A stretch of 64,000 nt of DNA from an uncultured Gammaproteobacteria bacterium (GTDB taxonomy: Bacteria > Patescibacteriota > Microgenomatia > Levybacterales > GWA1-39-11): the NCBI GenBank assembly GCA_964511305.1, contig CAZEEU010000001.1:191378-255377 (forward strand). Direction: 5' to 3'. The translations under genes and the position numbers were made by a program. Positions 7,945 to 16,405 of this stretch are shown here, piece after piece. A model generated the notes under the pieces. It searched no databases, had not been told where the DNA came from, and saw only the letters and a list, made by a program, of their open reading frames with translations. Within the stretch, counting starts at the first letter, position 1, and each line of letters begins with the position of its first letter.

Positions 7945-10413
7945 ATGGAAGAACAATACGATAAATCGCAATATTACATTCTTTGGTTCGACGAAATCAA
8001 TAAAGATGACATTCCACTCGTTGGAGGCAAAAATGCCAACCTAGGGGAAATGTTCCAAAACCTTTCTCATACAGTCAGCCAAACATTCCCAGGGGAAAAA
8101 ATTCAAGTTCCCTATGGTTTTGCTGTAACCGCATATTCATATAGGTATTTTATTGAACAAAATGTACTCGATAAAAAAATTCATGAAGCATTAGACGGAC
8201 TTGATACTCATGACATGAAATCACTTGAGGAAGTAGGACGAAAAATTCGTGAAATGATAACTTCCGCACCATTTCCTGAAGAATTAAGTAAAGCTATCTT
8301 TGGTGCATATCATGAACTCGCAAAAAAGTTGTCTATAGAGGACGGTAATGTTGATGTTGCAGTTAGGTCCTCTGCGACTGCGGAAGATTTACCTGATGCG
8401 TCTTTTGCCGGCCAGCAAGAATCTTATCTTAATATAAGAGGAGAGCACGAATTACTTGAGGCTATCAAAAAAGCTTTTGCGTCACTTTTTACAAATCGGG
8501 CTATTTCATATCGTGTAGACCAGAATTTTGATCACTTCAAGGTAGCACTTTCTGTCTCCGTACAGAAAATGGCACGTTCTGACAGGGGGGCAAGCGGAGT
8601 AATGTTCACATTAGATACTGACAGTGGATTTAAGGATGTAATTCTCATAAATGGTTCTTGGGGCTTGGGTGAATATGTTGTAAAAGGCATAGTCACACCT
8701 GACGAATATGTGCTATTTAAACCAACGCTGAAGAAAGGCTTTAGAGCTATTATTGGTAAAAAGCTTGGCAGTAAAGAAAAAAAACTAATCTATTCTACTG
8801 AAGGAAATTCACCAACCAAAGAAGTACAAGTGGCCCCTAATGACCGTAATATGTTCGTACTCTCTGATGAGCAAATAATGAAGTTGGCAAAATGGGGAAT
8901 GATGATTGAAGAGCATTATCAAAAACCAATGGACATTGAATGGGCTTATGACGGGCAGGATAATGAGCTTTACATCGTCCAGGCACGACCAGAAACAGTA
9001 CAAGCAAAAAAAAGTGCGACTTCGCTTGAAGAATATATACTTGAAGAAAAAGGAAATGTTCTCACAAAAGGAGCCTCCGTTGGGAGAAAAATAGGACAAG
9101 GAAAAGCTCATTTCATAAAAGACCCAAGCCAGCTTTCGGACTTCTTACCAGGTGAGGTACTAATAGCAGAAATTACAGATCCTGACTGGGAACCTATCAT
9201 GAAGATAGCAAGTGCAATCGTTACTAACTCTGGCGGAAGAACAAGCCATGCAGCTATAGTCTCTCGAGAACTTGGTATTCCAGCAATTGTTGGTTGTGGA
9301 GATGCAACGACTAAAATCCAAACTGGCCAAGAAGTGACTGTGTGTTGCTCGGATGGCGAAGTTGGAAATGTATATGAGGGGCTTTTAAAATTCCATATCA
9401 ATACTACCGATATTGCTAACTTTGAGTTTCCAAAAACAGAAATAAAGATGATCGTCGCAAGTCCGGATCTAGTATTCAACTACGCTTTCATCCCAAATAA
9501 GGGGGTGGGCCTTGCTCGTGAGGAATTTATCATCTCAAATTTTATAAAAATTCATCCGAATGCACTTTTGGATTATGACAAACTTGAAGATCAAGAAGTT
9601 AAAAAGCAGATAGATATCCTTACCGCTGGATATGACAATAAAGTTGAATATTATATCGAAAAGCTTGCTTATGGTATTGCCTTGATTGCGTCTGCCTTCT
9701 ATCCAAATGAGGTACTACTCCGCTTCTCTGATTTTAAATCAAATGAATACGCGGGACTTGTTGGGGGAAATTTGTATGAACCTCATGAAGAAAACCCTAT
9801 GATCGGATGGCGTGGAGCAAGTAGATATACCGATCCTCAATTTTGCCGCGCATTTGCGCTTGAATGTGAAGCTATCAAAAAAGTTAGAAACGATATGGGA
9901 CTTTATAACCTCCAAGTTATGATTCCTTTTTGCAGAACTCCCGAGGAAGGACGCAAAGTTCTTGAGGAAATGTCCAAAAATGGACTTTCACATGATAAAG
10001 CAAAGAATATGCTTAATACTACTCAACTAGATGAGAATCTTCATGTCTGGGTAATGGCTGAAATTCCCTCAAATATACTACTCGTCGAAGATTTCGCTGA
10101 GATCTTTGATGGTTTTTCAATTGGATCGAATGATCTTACCCAATTGACTTTGGGGTTAGATAGAGACTCGAAGCTTATCGCACATATTGGCAACGAGAAT
10201 AATAGGGCTGTACACATTCTGATTTCCCAGCTTATTAAAAAAGCTCACGAAAAAGGATTGAAAGTCGGAATATGCGGACAAGGTCCATCTGATTTTCCGG
10301 AGCTAGCAGAATTTTTAGTAAAAGAGGGAATCGATTCTATTTCCCTTAATCCTGATACTGTTCTTAAAATGGCATTAAAAGTAAAAGAAGTAGAAGGCTC
10401 ACTATCCCATTAA
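7945..10413 (+). CDS. ppsA: Phosphoenolpyruvate synthase
   Basis: VGGKNANLGEM, VAVRSSATAEDLPDASFAGQQ, GGRTSHAAIVSRE, EENPMIGWRG and FSIGSNDLTQ. Confidence 0.97.
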   Translation: MEEQYDKSQYYILWFDEINKDDIPLVGGKNANLGEMFQNLSHTVSQTFPGEKIQVPYGFAVTAYSYRYFIEQNVLDKKIHEALDGLDTHDMKSLEEVGRKIREMITSAPFPEELSKAIFGAYHELAKKLSIEDGNVDVAVRSSATAEDLPDASFAGQQESYLNIRGEHELLEAIKKAFASLFTNRAISYRVDQNFDHFKVALSVSVQKMARSDRGASGVMFTLDTDSGFKDVILINGSWGLGEYVVKGIVTPDEYVLFKPTLKKGFRAIIGKKLGSKEKKLIYSTEGNSPTKEVQVAPNDRNMFVLSDEQIMKLAKWGMMIEEHYQKPMDIEWAYDGQDNELYIVQARPETVQAKKSATSLEEYILEEKGNVLTKGASVGRKIGQGKAHFIKDPSQLSDFLPGEVLIAEITDPDWEPIMKIASAIVTNSGGRTSHAAIVSRELGIPAIVGCGDATTKIQTGQEVTVCCSDGEVGNVYEGLLKFHINTTDIANFEFPKTEIKMIVASPDLVFNYAFIPNKGVGLAREEFIISNFIKIHPNALLDYDKLEDQEVKKQIDILTAGYDNKVEYYIEKLAYGIALIASAFYPNEVLLRFSDFKSNEYAGLVGGNLYEPHEENPMIGWRGASRYTDPQFCRAFALECEAIKKVRNDMGLYNLQVMIPFCRTPEEGRKVLEEMSKNGLSHDKAKNMLNTTQLDENLHVWVMAEIPSNILLVEDFAEIFDGFSIGSNDLTQLTLGLDRDSKLIAHIGNENNRAVHILISQLIKKAHEKGLKVGICGQGPSDFPELAEFLVKEGIDSISLNPDTVLKMALKVKEVEGSLSH

Positions 10414-10415
10414 TA

Positions 10416-10481
10416 ATTGATCAATATCACAATTCCTGCGTGAGTACGATCAATGACTCCCCACATCTTCCTTAATATAAT
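10416..10481 (+). promoter_or_regulatory. Tandem Crp/Fnr boxes plus -10 (promoter B)
   Basis: ATTGA-N6-TCACA (10416-10431), CGTGA-N6-TCAAT (10439-10454), TATAAT at 10476. Confidence 0.75.
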
Positions 10482-10520
10482 ACTAGTATCTTTATAACTA
10501 TCTACAGGGAGGTGAAAAAA

Positions 10521-10886
10521 ATGTTTGCTGAAGATATTAAGAAACTTACAAAAGAAAATACAAATTTTAGAAAAGTTCTCCATACAGGTCAACACAGTCA
10601 AATTGTTGCTATGTGTATTCCTGTTAACCTAGACATAGGAGAAGAAGTGCACCCAAATACTGACCAGATAATTTTTATTGTTGATGGTGAAGGTGAGGCA
10701 ATCATCGATGGTGAGGCAAGAAGGATTGGGGAGCATGATGTTGTCTTTGTACCATTGGGTGCCAGACACAACTTCCAAAATGTTGGGGAAGAGGATTTAA
10801 AACTCTTCACTGTATACGCACCACCTGAGCATCCAGATGGAACCACACACTCAACAAAAGAAGATGCACAAAAAGCAGAGCGTTAA
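10521..10886 (+). CDS. Cupin domain protein
   Basis: NFRKVLHTG, IGEEVH..TDQ, HNFQN and LFTVYAPPEH; RBS GGAGGTG before ATG 10521. Confidence 0.9.
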   Translation: MFAEDIKKLTKENTNFRKVLHTGQHSQIVAMCIPVNLDIGEEVHPNTDQIIFIVDGEGEAIIDGEARRIGEHDVVFVPLGARHNFQNVGEEDLKLFTVYAPPEHPDGTTHSTKEDAQKAER

Positions 10887-10917
10887 TGCTCTGCTTTGAA
10901 ATGAGAAGTGATTTGCT

Positions 10918-11166
10918 ATGAAAAAGAAAAACGAAGAATCGTTCAGTGTAAATGGAGAAAACCTACTTAAAAAAGTTAAGGAAATTATTGAAGAAGGAAA
11001 TGTACGAAGAATAACTATAAAAGATAAAGATGGGAAAGAATTAATTGCATTTCCGCTTACATTAGGCGTAGTTGGAGCAGTACTCGCTCCTATACTTGCT
11101 GCAGTTGGAGCAATTGCAGCACTGATAGGAGATTGTACAATCTCGGTTGAAAGGGAGGAAAAATGA
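10918..11166 (+). CDS. DUF4342 domain protein
   Basis: KVKEIIEEGNVRRI...PLTLGVVG...LAAVGAIAALIGDCTISVE. Confidence 0.85.
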   Translation: MKKKNEESFSVNGENLLKKVKEIIEEGNVRRITIKDKDGKELIAFPLTLGVVGAVLAPILAAVGAIAALIGDCTISVEREEK

Positions 11167-11549
11167 GCTCTTACTTAATTAAGAACTTCGCTATTGGAAT
11201 ACTGCTATTTATTGGTATTACTGCTATTTTTGGTGGCGTAAGTCTAATAATAACCAATGGCCTTGGAACGACAGTTCCTCAGCTACATGGATACTTTCAG
11301 TCCTTTGCCATTCCCGGACTTATGCTATTTTTAGTTGGCGCTATCAACATAGGTGCAGCTTGGTTATTAATTATTCATCACAAGTTTCAGTACGAGCTTA
11401 TTACAAGTGCTGCATTAGGAATGCTTATATACAAAGTGTCTGAGTTGTATATCGTTCAGTACCCACACTGGTTGCAATTGTTCTACTCTGCGCTCTCAAT
11501 CACACTTTTAATTTTTATTATGCTCCTTTTAAGAAGAAACTATGATTAA
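11163..11549 (+). CDS. Membrane protein (4 TM)
   Basis: Hydrophobic ORF overlapping its neighbours. Confidence 0.7.
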   Translation: MSSYLIKNFAIGILLFIGITAIFGGVSLIITNGLGTTVPQLHGYFQSFAIPGLMLFLVGAINIGAAWLLIIHHKFQYELITSAALGMLIYKVSELYIVQYPHWLQLFYSALSITLLIFIMLLLRRNYD

Positions 11550-11871
11550 GGAACTTATTGTTGGGCTATTGATAATTCATGGGATTATTCATCTTTTAGG
11601 TTTTGCGAAAGGTTTTAACATAAAAGAACTTGATCAATTCAACGAGTCAATATCTGAACCTTTTGGACTTACTTGGTTTATTACATGCATCTTGTTTGTA
11701 ACCTCAGGGATAGGATTATTGCTTGATCAAATTTGGTGGGTATATGTGGCAATTATTTCAATATTACTCTCCCAGTTACTTATTTTTAGATTTTGGCTTG
11801 ACGCCAAAACCGGCACAGCTATAAATTTCATACTAGTGATTGCCATTTTGATTTTCTTCAACGTACAATAA
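11542..11871 (+). CDS. Small membrane protein
   Basis: HGIIHLLGF...SQLLI...WLDAKTGTAIN; operonic. Confidence 0.7.
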   Translation: MIKELIVGLLIIHGIIHLLGFAKGFNIKELDQFNESISEPFGLTWFITCILFVTSGIGLLLDQIWWVYVAIISILLSQLLIFRFWLDAKTGTAINFILVIAILIFFNVQ

Positions 11872-11878
11872 TATACAT

Positions 11879-12478
11879 ATGGCAAATATAGACTACAAAG
11901 AGAAATTGCTAGGTGTGCTTCAGAATGAGACTGGTAAAAATATTGTTATTACCCATGTAACGATTCGTCAAAGCATTTCTTTTCTTGTGCTTCGTCTCCT
12001 TTCTATAGAAATCATGGCAGCTATTGCAATAATTGTCTTTCATACACTCATTCTCAGAAGCGACATAAGACAACTAGTCGGAGACGATATTCTTATTTTT
12101 AACATACCACTTTTTATTCTCCTAGTAGTAATAAAAACTGTGATTACCATTTTTGTAATAATTCAGTGGCTTAATGAGTATTACGAAATAACAACAAAAG
12201 ATATCGTTCATAGAAGAGGTCTAATACTTAAAAAAGAAGAAAGACACTTGCTGCAACATATAGGGTCTGTAAGCATTGAGCAAGGTGTATTTGGGAGAAT
12301 ATTTAATTTTGGGACACTTAAGCTTTTTAACTGGACAAAGGAAAAATATGTATATCTTTACTTAATTCACAATCCCATGAAATATCTACACATCATGGAA
12401 GAGTTGCTACCTGATGCTGACAAATCGAAAAGGACCGTTCGAGAGCATATACTTGAGCCTGAAGAAGATAGCCTCTAG
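11879..12478 (+). CDS. Bacterial PH-domain membrane protein
   Basis: 2 TM followed by W..EYYEIT...RRGLI...QGVFGRIFNFGTL. Confidence 0.8.
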   Translation: MANIDYKEKLLGVLQNETGKNIVITHVTIRQSISFLVLRLLSIEIMAAIAIIVFHTLILRSDIRQLVGDDILIFNIPLFILLVVIKTVITIFVIIQWLNEYYEITTKDIVHRRGLILKKEERHLLQHIGSVSIEQGVFGRIFNFGTLKLFNWTKEKYVYLYLIHNPMKYLHIMEELLPDADKSKRTVREHILEPEEDSL

Positions 12479-12489
12479 TTTCTCTTTCG

Positions 12490-12555
12490 TGTGATCCAAA
12501 TCAAATCCATTATGTGACTAGTGTCAATGACTTGAAATTGCTTGGGGTGTATAAA
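12490..12555 (+). promoter_or_regulatory. Tandem Crp/Fnr boxes plus -10 (promoter C)
   Basis: TGTGA-N6-TCAAA (12490-12505), TGTGA-N6-TCAAT (12513-12528), TATAAA at 12550, ATG at 12562. Confidence 0.75.
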
Positions 12556-12561
12556 TTAGAT

Positions 12562-13080
12562 ATGAAAACAATAGATTTCAAGAAAATTCTTCTGCCACAT
12601 GATGGATCGGAGTGCGCGTCAATGATTCTTCCTCATGCGGCTTCGCTGGCAAAGACGTTGCATGCTGAGATTGTATTATTACATGTTACGACACCTTATA
12701 TTCATGAATTCAGCTACAGCGGGTTGTATGACATAGGCACTCCTGCATCTTCAGGGGCATACAGTAAGTTCTTGCAAGATATGACAAGTAAAATAAGAGA
12801 GACTGCAACTAAAGATCTAGAAAAAGTGAAGCAGGAGCTGATAACTAAAGGGGTTAAGAAGGTAACAAGCAAGGTTCTTGAAGGATACCCTCCGGAAATA
12901 ATTCTCTATATTGCACAGCATGAAAAAATTGATCTTATAATGATGTCCACTCATGGAAGAACCGGACTTAAGAAAGTACTAATAGGATCGGTTGCAGAAC
13001 AAATTATTCACCAAGCAACTTGCCCAGTATTTACAGTACACCCAAATCAAAAAGATATTAAAAAAACGAAGAGGGGGTGA
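12562..13080 (+). CDS. Universal stress protein (UspA family)
   Basis: FKKILLPHDGS...DLIMMSTHGRTGLKKVLIGSVAEQII..ATCPV; the ORF-track start at 12514 lies inside a Crp box, so 12562 is preferred. Confidence 0.92.
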   Translation: MKTIDFKKILLPHDGSECASMILPHAASLAKTLHAEIVLLHVTTPYIHEFSYSGLYDIGTPASSGAYSKFLQDMTSKIRETATKDLEKVKQELITKGVKKVTSKVLEGYPPEIILYIAQHEKIDLIMMSTHGRTGLKKVLIGSVAEQIIHQATCPVFTVHPNQKDIKKTKRG

Positions 13081-13274
13081 ATACTAAAATAAATATTTTC
13101 AAAACATTCAAACTTACATGGTGGCAAGCAGCTTTCTTCAAGTTGACTACAATTCCAGTGGGAATTATTCTTGGACTTCTATTTCCAGAAATTCTTTCAC
13201 CATTTTTCTATCTGATCGTTGCAGTATTTATTGTTAGTTGTCTTATTACAATTTACTATTGGTATAAGCAATAA
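13077..13274 (+). CDS. Small membrane protein
   Basis: 2 TM, GTGA overlap with the usp stop, RBS GAGGGG. Confidence 0.65.
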   Translation: MNTKINIFKTFKLTWWQAAFFKLTTIPVGIILGLLFPEILSPFFYLIVAVFIVSCLITIYYWYKQ

Positions 13275-13307
13275 AGGATACTAATTGCAATATTATTGTA
13301 AATACCT

Positions 13308-13466
13308 ATGAAAATTAATTCAACTTGGCATGCTAAAAACATGATGCCTAAAAAAGCCACTCTTGATGATAGAGTCAAATGGCACCTAGAACACTCTAAA
13401 AATTGTAATTGTCGTCCATTGGGAGGAATGATTCTAGATGAAATAAAGAAAAGAAAACTTCTATGA
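13308..13466 (+). CDS. Small His/Cys-rich protein (52 aa)
   Basis: Hand translation MKINSTWHAKNMMPKKATLDDRVKWHLEHSKNCNCRPLGGMILDEIKKRKLL*; ATGA coupling to the next gene. Confidence 0.7.
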   Translation: MKINSTWHAKNMMPKKATLDDRVKWHLEHSKNCNCRPLGGMILDEIKKRKLL

Positions 13467-13840
13467 GCAAACAATTTTTAAAAGATGTTTTTGTTTGGGG
13501 ATTTATCCTTTGGCTAATTGGCTATCTACTTGGAATTGTGTTTTTCCCTATCGTTCCAAATTCAATACTTGGATGGATAATTATGCCAATAGGGACAACA
13601 ATCACTCTTTGGGTTTTGCTTAGAAAAATAAAAGCAGACTCATTTAAATATTACGTTTTACTTGCCCTTGTTTGGGTTCTAATAGCAATTACCTGTGATT
13701 ATTTTTTTCTTGTCAAAATATTCAAACCAGCAGATGGCTATTATAAGCTGGACGTATACTTGTACTACGTATTAACTCTTTCTTTCCCACTACTTGTTGG
13801 CTGGGTAAGGAAATCATCAAGTATTACAAAAAGTGGTTAG
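13463..13840 (+). CDS. Membrane protein (4 TM)
   Basis: Hydrophobic ORF, GYYKLDVYLYY. Confidence 0.75.
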   Translation: MSKQFLKDVFVWGFILWLIGYLLGIVFFPIVPNSILGWIIMPIGTTITLWVLLRKIKADSFKYYVLLALVWVLIAITCDYFFLVKIFKPADGYYKLDVYLYYVLTLSFPLLVGWVRKSSSITKSG

Positions 13841-14029
13841 ATTGTAAATAGAAATGATAGGTTAAGAGATTAATATGACATGGAAAAGGAAGTCTGGAGA
13901 AAATATTAAAACTAAAGTTATACTCGTACCTGTTGCTCACAAGGGTCATATCTTTGCACTCCATTTTGTATCTCAACTTTGAACAGGAGCTCCCTAGTGT
14001 ATTAGTTGCTTCAAAAAAACCTTCACAAT

Positions 14030-15085
14030 TTAATGAGGGCTACTGGCAACAGAAATTTTTAGTCCACCGGGAAGATTAACGGAGTTACCCGCATTTTCCT
14101 TCAAAAGCTCTGCTGCCGCAAGAACTTGGGCTACGTATTCTCCTGAATAGTCATCAAGGCCAGAAATAACCTCCTCCTGAACTTTTTTATTATGAAGTAG
14201 TTGGTATACATTAAGATTGTCCTTCTTAATTAACCTTTTCATATCATCTACAATTTTTGCGCTGGCAACAGGATCGTTATTACCTATAGCCTCACCATAA
14301 TCTTTTATATCCTCACCATTTACATCCAAAAAATAAACTCTTAAGGCTCTAGCAACTATCCCTGGACCTGCATGATATGACCATATCGCCATGCCTTCGT
14401 TACCACCAAAAAGTGCTTTGTTATCCTCGAGATAGCTACCTGCTGCCGCAATACTTTTAGGTGCATTTTTGCGCTCATCAAATTCAGAATTTACATGTAA
14501 ACCATATTGCCGTGCTGTTGCAGGCAAGAATTGAGCAACACCAAGTGCGCCTGATTTTTTATTGAGAATATCTTCTCCTCCACCATTTTCTACAGAAATA
14601 ATCCCCATAAGTGTGTCTTTTGATATGCCATACGCAAGCGCCGTTTCTTCAATTTGTCGTTTATATTTTAATGGAATTACTTGGTGTTCTTGCATGTAGC
14701 CTGGTTTTGCTGCAATTTTGCTTTTATACATGTCTACCTCCTGTCGTGCCTCTGCCTTTTGAACCTCATTTGACCCCCGCATGACTTCGTTGAAAATTCC
14801 CTGATCTTTATTCTGGACAATCATCTCAGATCCACTTGCATCTGCTTTGTGCACAAAATTTACAATAGCATGAGAATTATCACTATCAGCAGTAAGACTA
14901 TTGCTCATAACTCCTCCGGTTGCGCCGCCTGCGGAAGCTGCAAGTACGAGAGGCATGACTTTACTTGCTATTCCTAGCAGCTTTGAGGACCCTTTTTGAG
15001 TCTCAACCTGCATATCTGTGCTTATATTTCCACTCCCTACGGAGCCCGTTGCATCAATAATGTCTTCCATAAAGTTAGTATGCAC
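14030..15085 (-). CDS. Lytic transglycosylase (SLT domain) with N-terminal anchor
   Basis: SVENGG (catalytic Glu), GALGVAQFLPATARQYGL, SYHAGPG and YVAQV. Confidence 0.85.
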   Translation of the reverse strand: MHTNFMEDIIDATGSVGSGNISTDMQVETQKGSSKLLGIASKVMPLVLAASAGGATGGVMSNSLTADSDNSHAIVNFVHKADASGSEMIVQNKDQGIFNEVMRGSNEVQKAEARQEVDMYKSKIAAKPGYMQEHQVIPLKYKRQIEETALAYGISKDTLMGIISVENGGGEDILNKKSGALGVAQFLPATARQYGLHVNSEFDERKNAPKSIAAAGSYLEDNKALFGGNEGMAIWSYHAGPGIVARALRVYFLDVNGEDIKDYGEAIGNNDPVASAKIVDDMKRLIKKDNLNVYQLLHNKKVQEEVISGLDDYSGEYVAQVLAAAELLKENAGNSVNLPGGLKISVASSPH

Positions 15086-15086
15086 A

Positions 15087-15120
15087 AAAAAACAACCCCA
15101 CGCAATGTGGGGTTGTTTTG
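15087..15120 (-). terminator. Intrinsic terminator-like hairpin immediately upstream of the SLT gene
   Basis: Minus strand AAAACAACCCCAC-ATTGC-GTGGGGTTGTTTTTT. Confidence 0.6.
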
Positions 15121-15260
15121 TAATACTAAATGGGAAAAGATTATTCCTTCTTGCCTGCTATGTTAACCATCCAGCCACTTATTTACCTCACTTCATAATT
15201 ATTATTTCAATAATACGCGGGAGTTTCTAACCAAATTTTCATGGTAAAATATCGTTTGGC

Positions 15261-16385
15261 ATGAATACACATGAAGGTAGTCCAAGATTAGATCGAAGAC
15301 AAGCGCTAAGACTTGGAGTAGGGCTTGGAGTAGGTGCCGCCGTAGAGCTTGTTACCGGTGGTTGCATTGTAGAGCCTATCGAAAAGCCTCCAACCGTTGG
15401 TCCTGAAGTTTCACCAACAAACGAATCCTTATTGGCAGATCCAACAGCAACAGAGTTGGTTACTAATACGCCTACAAGAATCGTAACACCAAGACCTTCA
15501 AACACCACAAAACCCACCAGCACCCAAGAACCGACTCAAACACAAGAGCCAACAGCAACAAGAAACCCAGAATCTGGAGGGCCCTTCGAAATGGCTGATT
15601 TGCAAAACCGGCTTGCTGCACGTATCGAGGGCTACCGTGACTTTCAGGGAAGAACTGCGATTTCAGTTACAGATGCGTCTTCCGGTCAAACAATTCATGT
15701 AAATGGTGGCAGACCACAACTGACTGGCTGCGTTGCCAATCTTCCCTTAATGCTTTCTGTCGTAAACGAACTTTCCCAAAAAAGAGCTGCCTATTCTCAA
15801 AATGATTTTGAGAGACATTTAATCGCAATGGTTCGCAACTCAGATCCTCACGAAGGAAAAACGGTTGTTAGCATGCTTGGCGGTGATGATATTGGTCGTG
15901 GTATTGAGATTGTAAATAGAAATATGAATAGCTGGGGAATGGCACGAAGTCTTTACAACCACCCACCTGCATATCCGGATGAGTATACAGAAGTTGAAGC
16001 AAGCAACCAAATTGTTGCAAATGAACTAAATGCTGTTCTTGCCAAACTTGCACAAAACAAATTATTTGGAAACGTAGACATGAATGAATATGCAAAATTT
16101 ATAATGTCAAATAACAAACCAGGGCTTAACTTTATGATTCCCGGAAATATTAGCGATCGCGCTGATGTAGTTCATAAAGTTGGCTGGTTCTACGGTTTCC
16201 CGAATACAATAAATGACGCAGGAATTGTAAAAGACAGAAGGGGAAGATTTTCTTATTCAATTGTTACTATGTTTGAGGATTTTAATGACAACATAAGTGA
16301 AAATGCATTATTTGTAGGGCCCGGCTCATTTTTAGCAGGTCTTTCTGAAATGGTCTACAACACATTTGACAAAAAATACTCGTAG
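15261..16385 (+). CDS. Exported class A beta-lactamase-fold (serine hydrolase) protein with altered active site
   Basis: Twin-Arg leader (DRRQAL), possible lipobox (GGC), Pro/Thr linker, AISVTD...MVRNSD...VVHKVGW...INDAGIV. Confidence 0.75.
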   Translation: MNTHEGSPRLDRRQALRLGVGLGVGAAVELVTGGCIVEPIEKPPTVGPEVSPTNESLLADPTATELVTNTPTRIVTPRPSNTTKPTSTQEPTQTQEPTATRNPESGGPFEMADLQNRLAARIEGYRDFQGRTAISVTDASSGQTIHVNGGRPQLTGCVANLPLMLSVVNELSQKRAAYSQNDFERHLIAMVRNSDPHEGKTVVSMLGGDDIGRGIEIVNRNMNSWGMARSLYNHPPAYPDEYTEVEASNQIVANELNAVLAKLAQNKLFGNVDMNEYAKFIMSNNKPGLNFMIPGNISDRADVVHKVGWFYGFPNTINDAGIVKDRRGRFSYSIVTMFEDFNDNISENALFVGPGSFLAGLSEMVYNTFDKKYS

Positions 16386-16405
16386 CGTCCAAAAAAGGCA
16401 ATCTT

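Noticed and set aside
15261-16385. Calling this a functional beta-lactamase
   Set aside because: The catalytic SxxK is absent.
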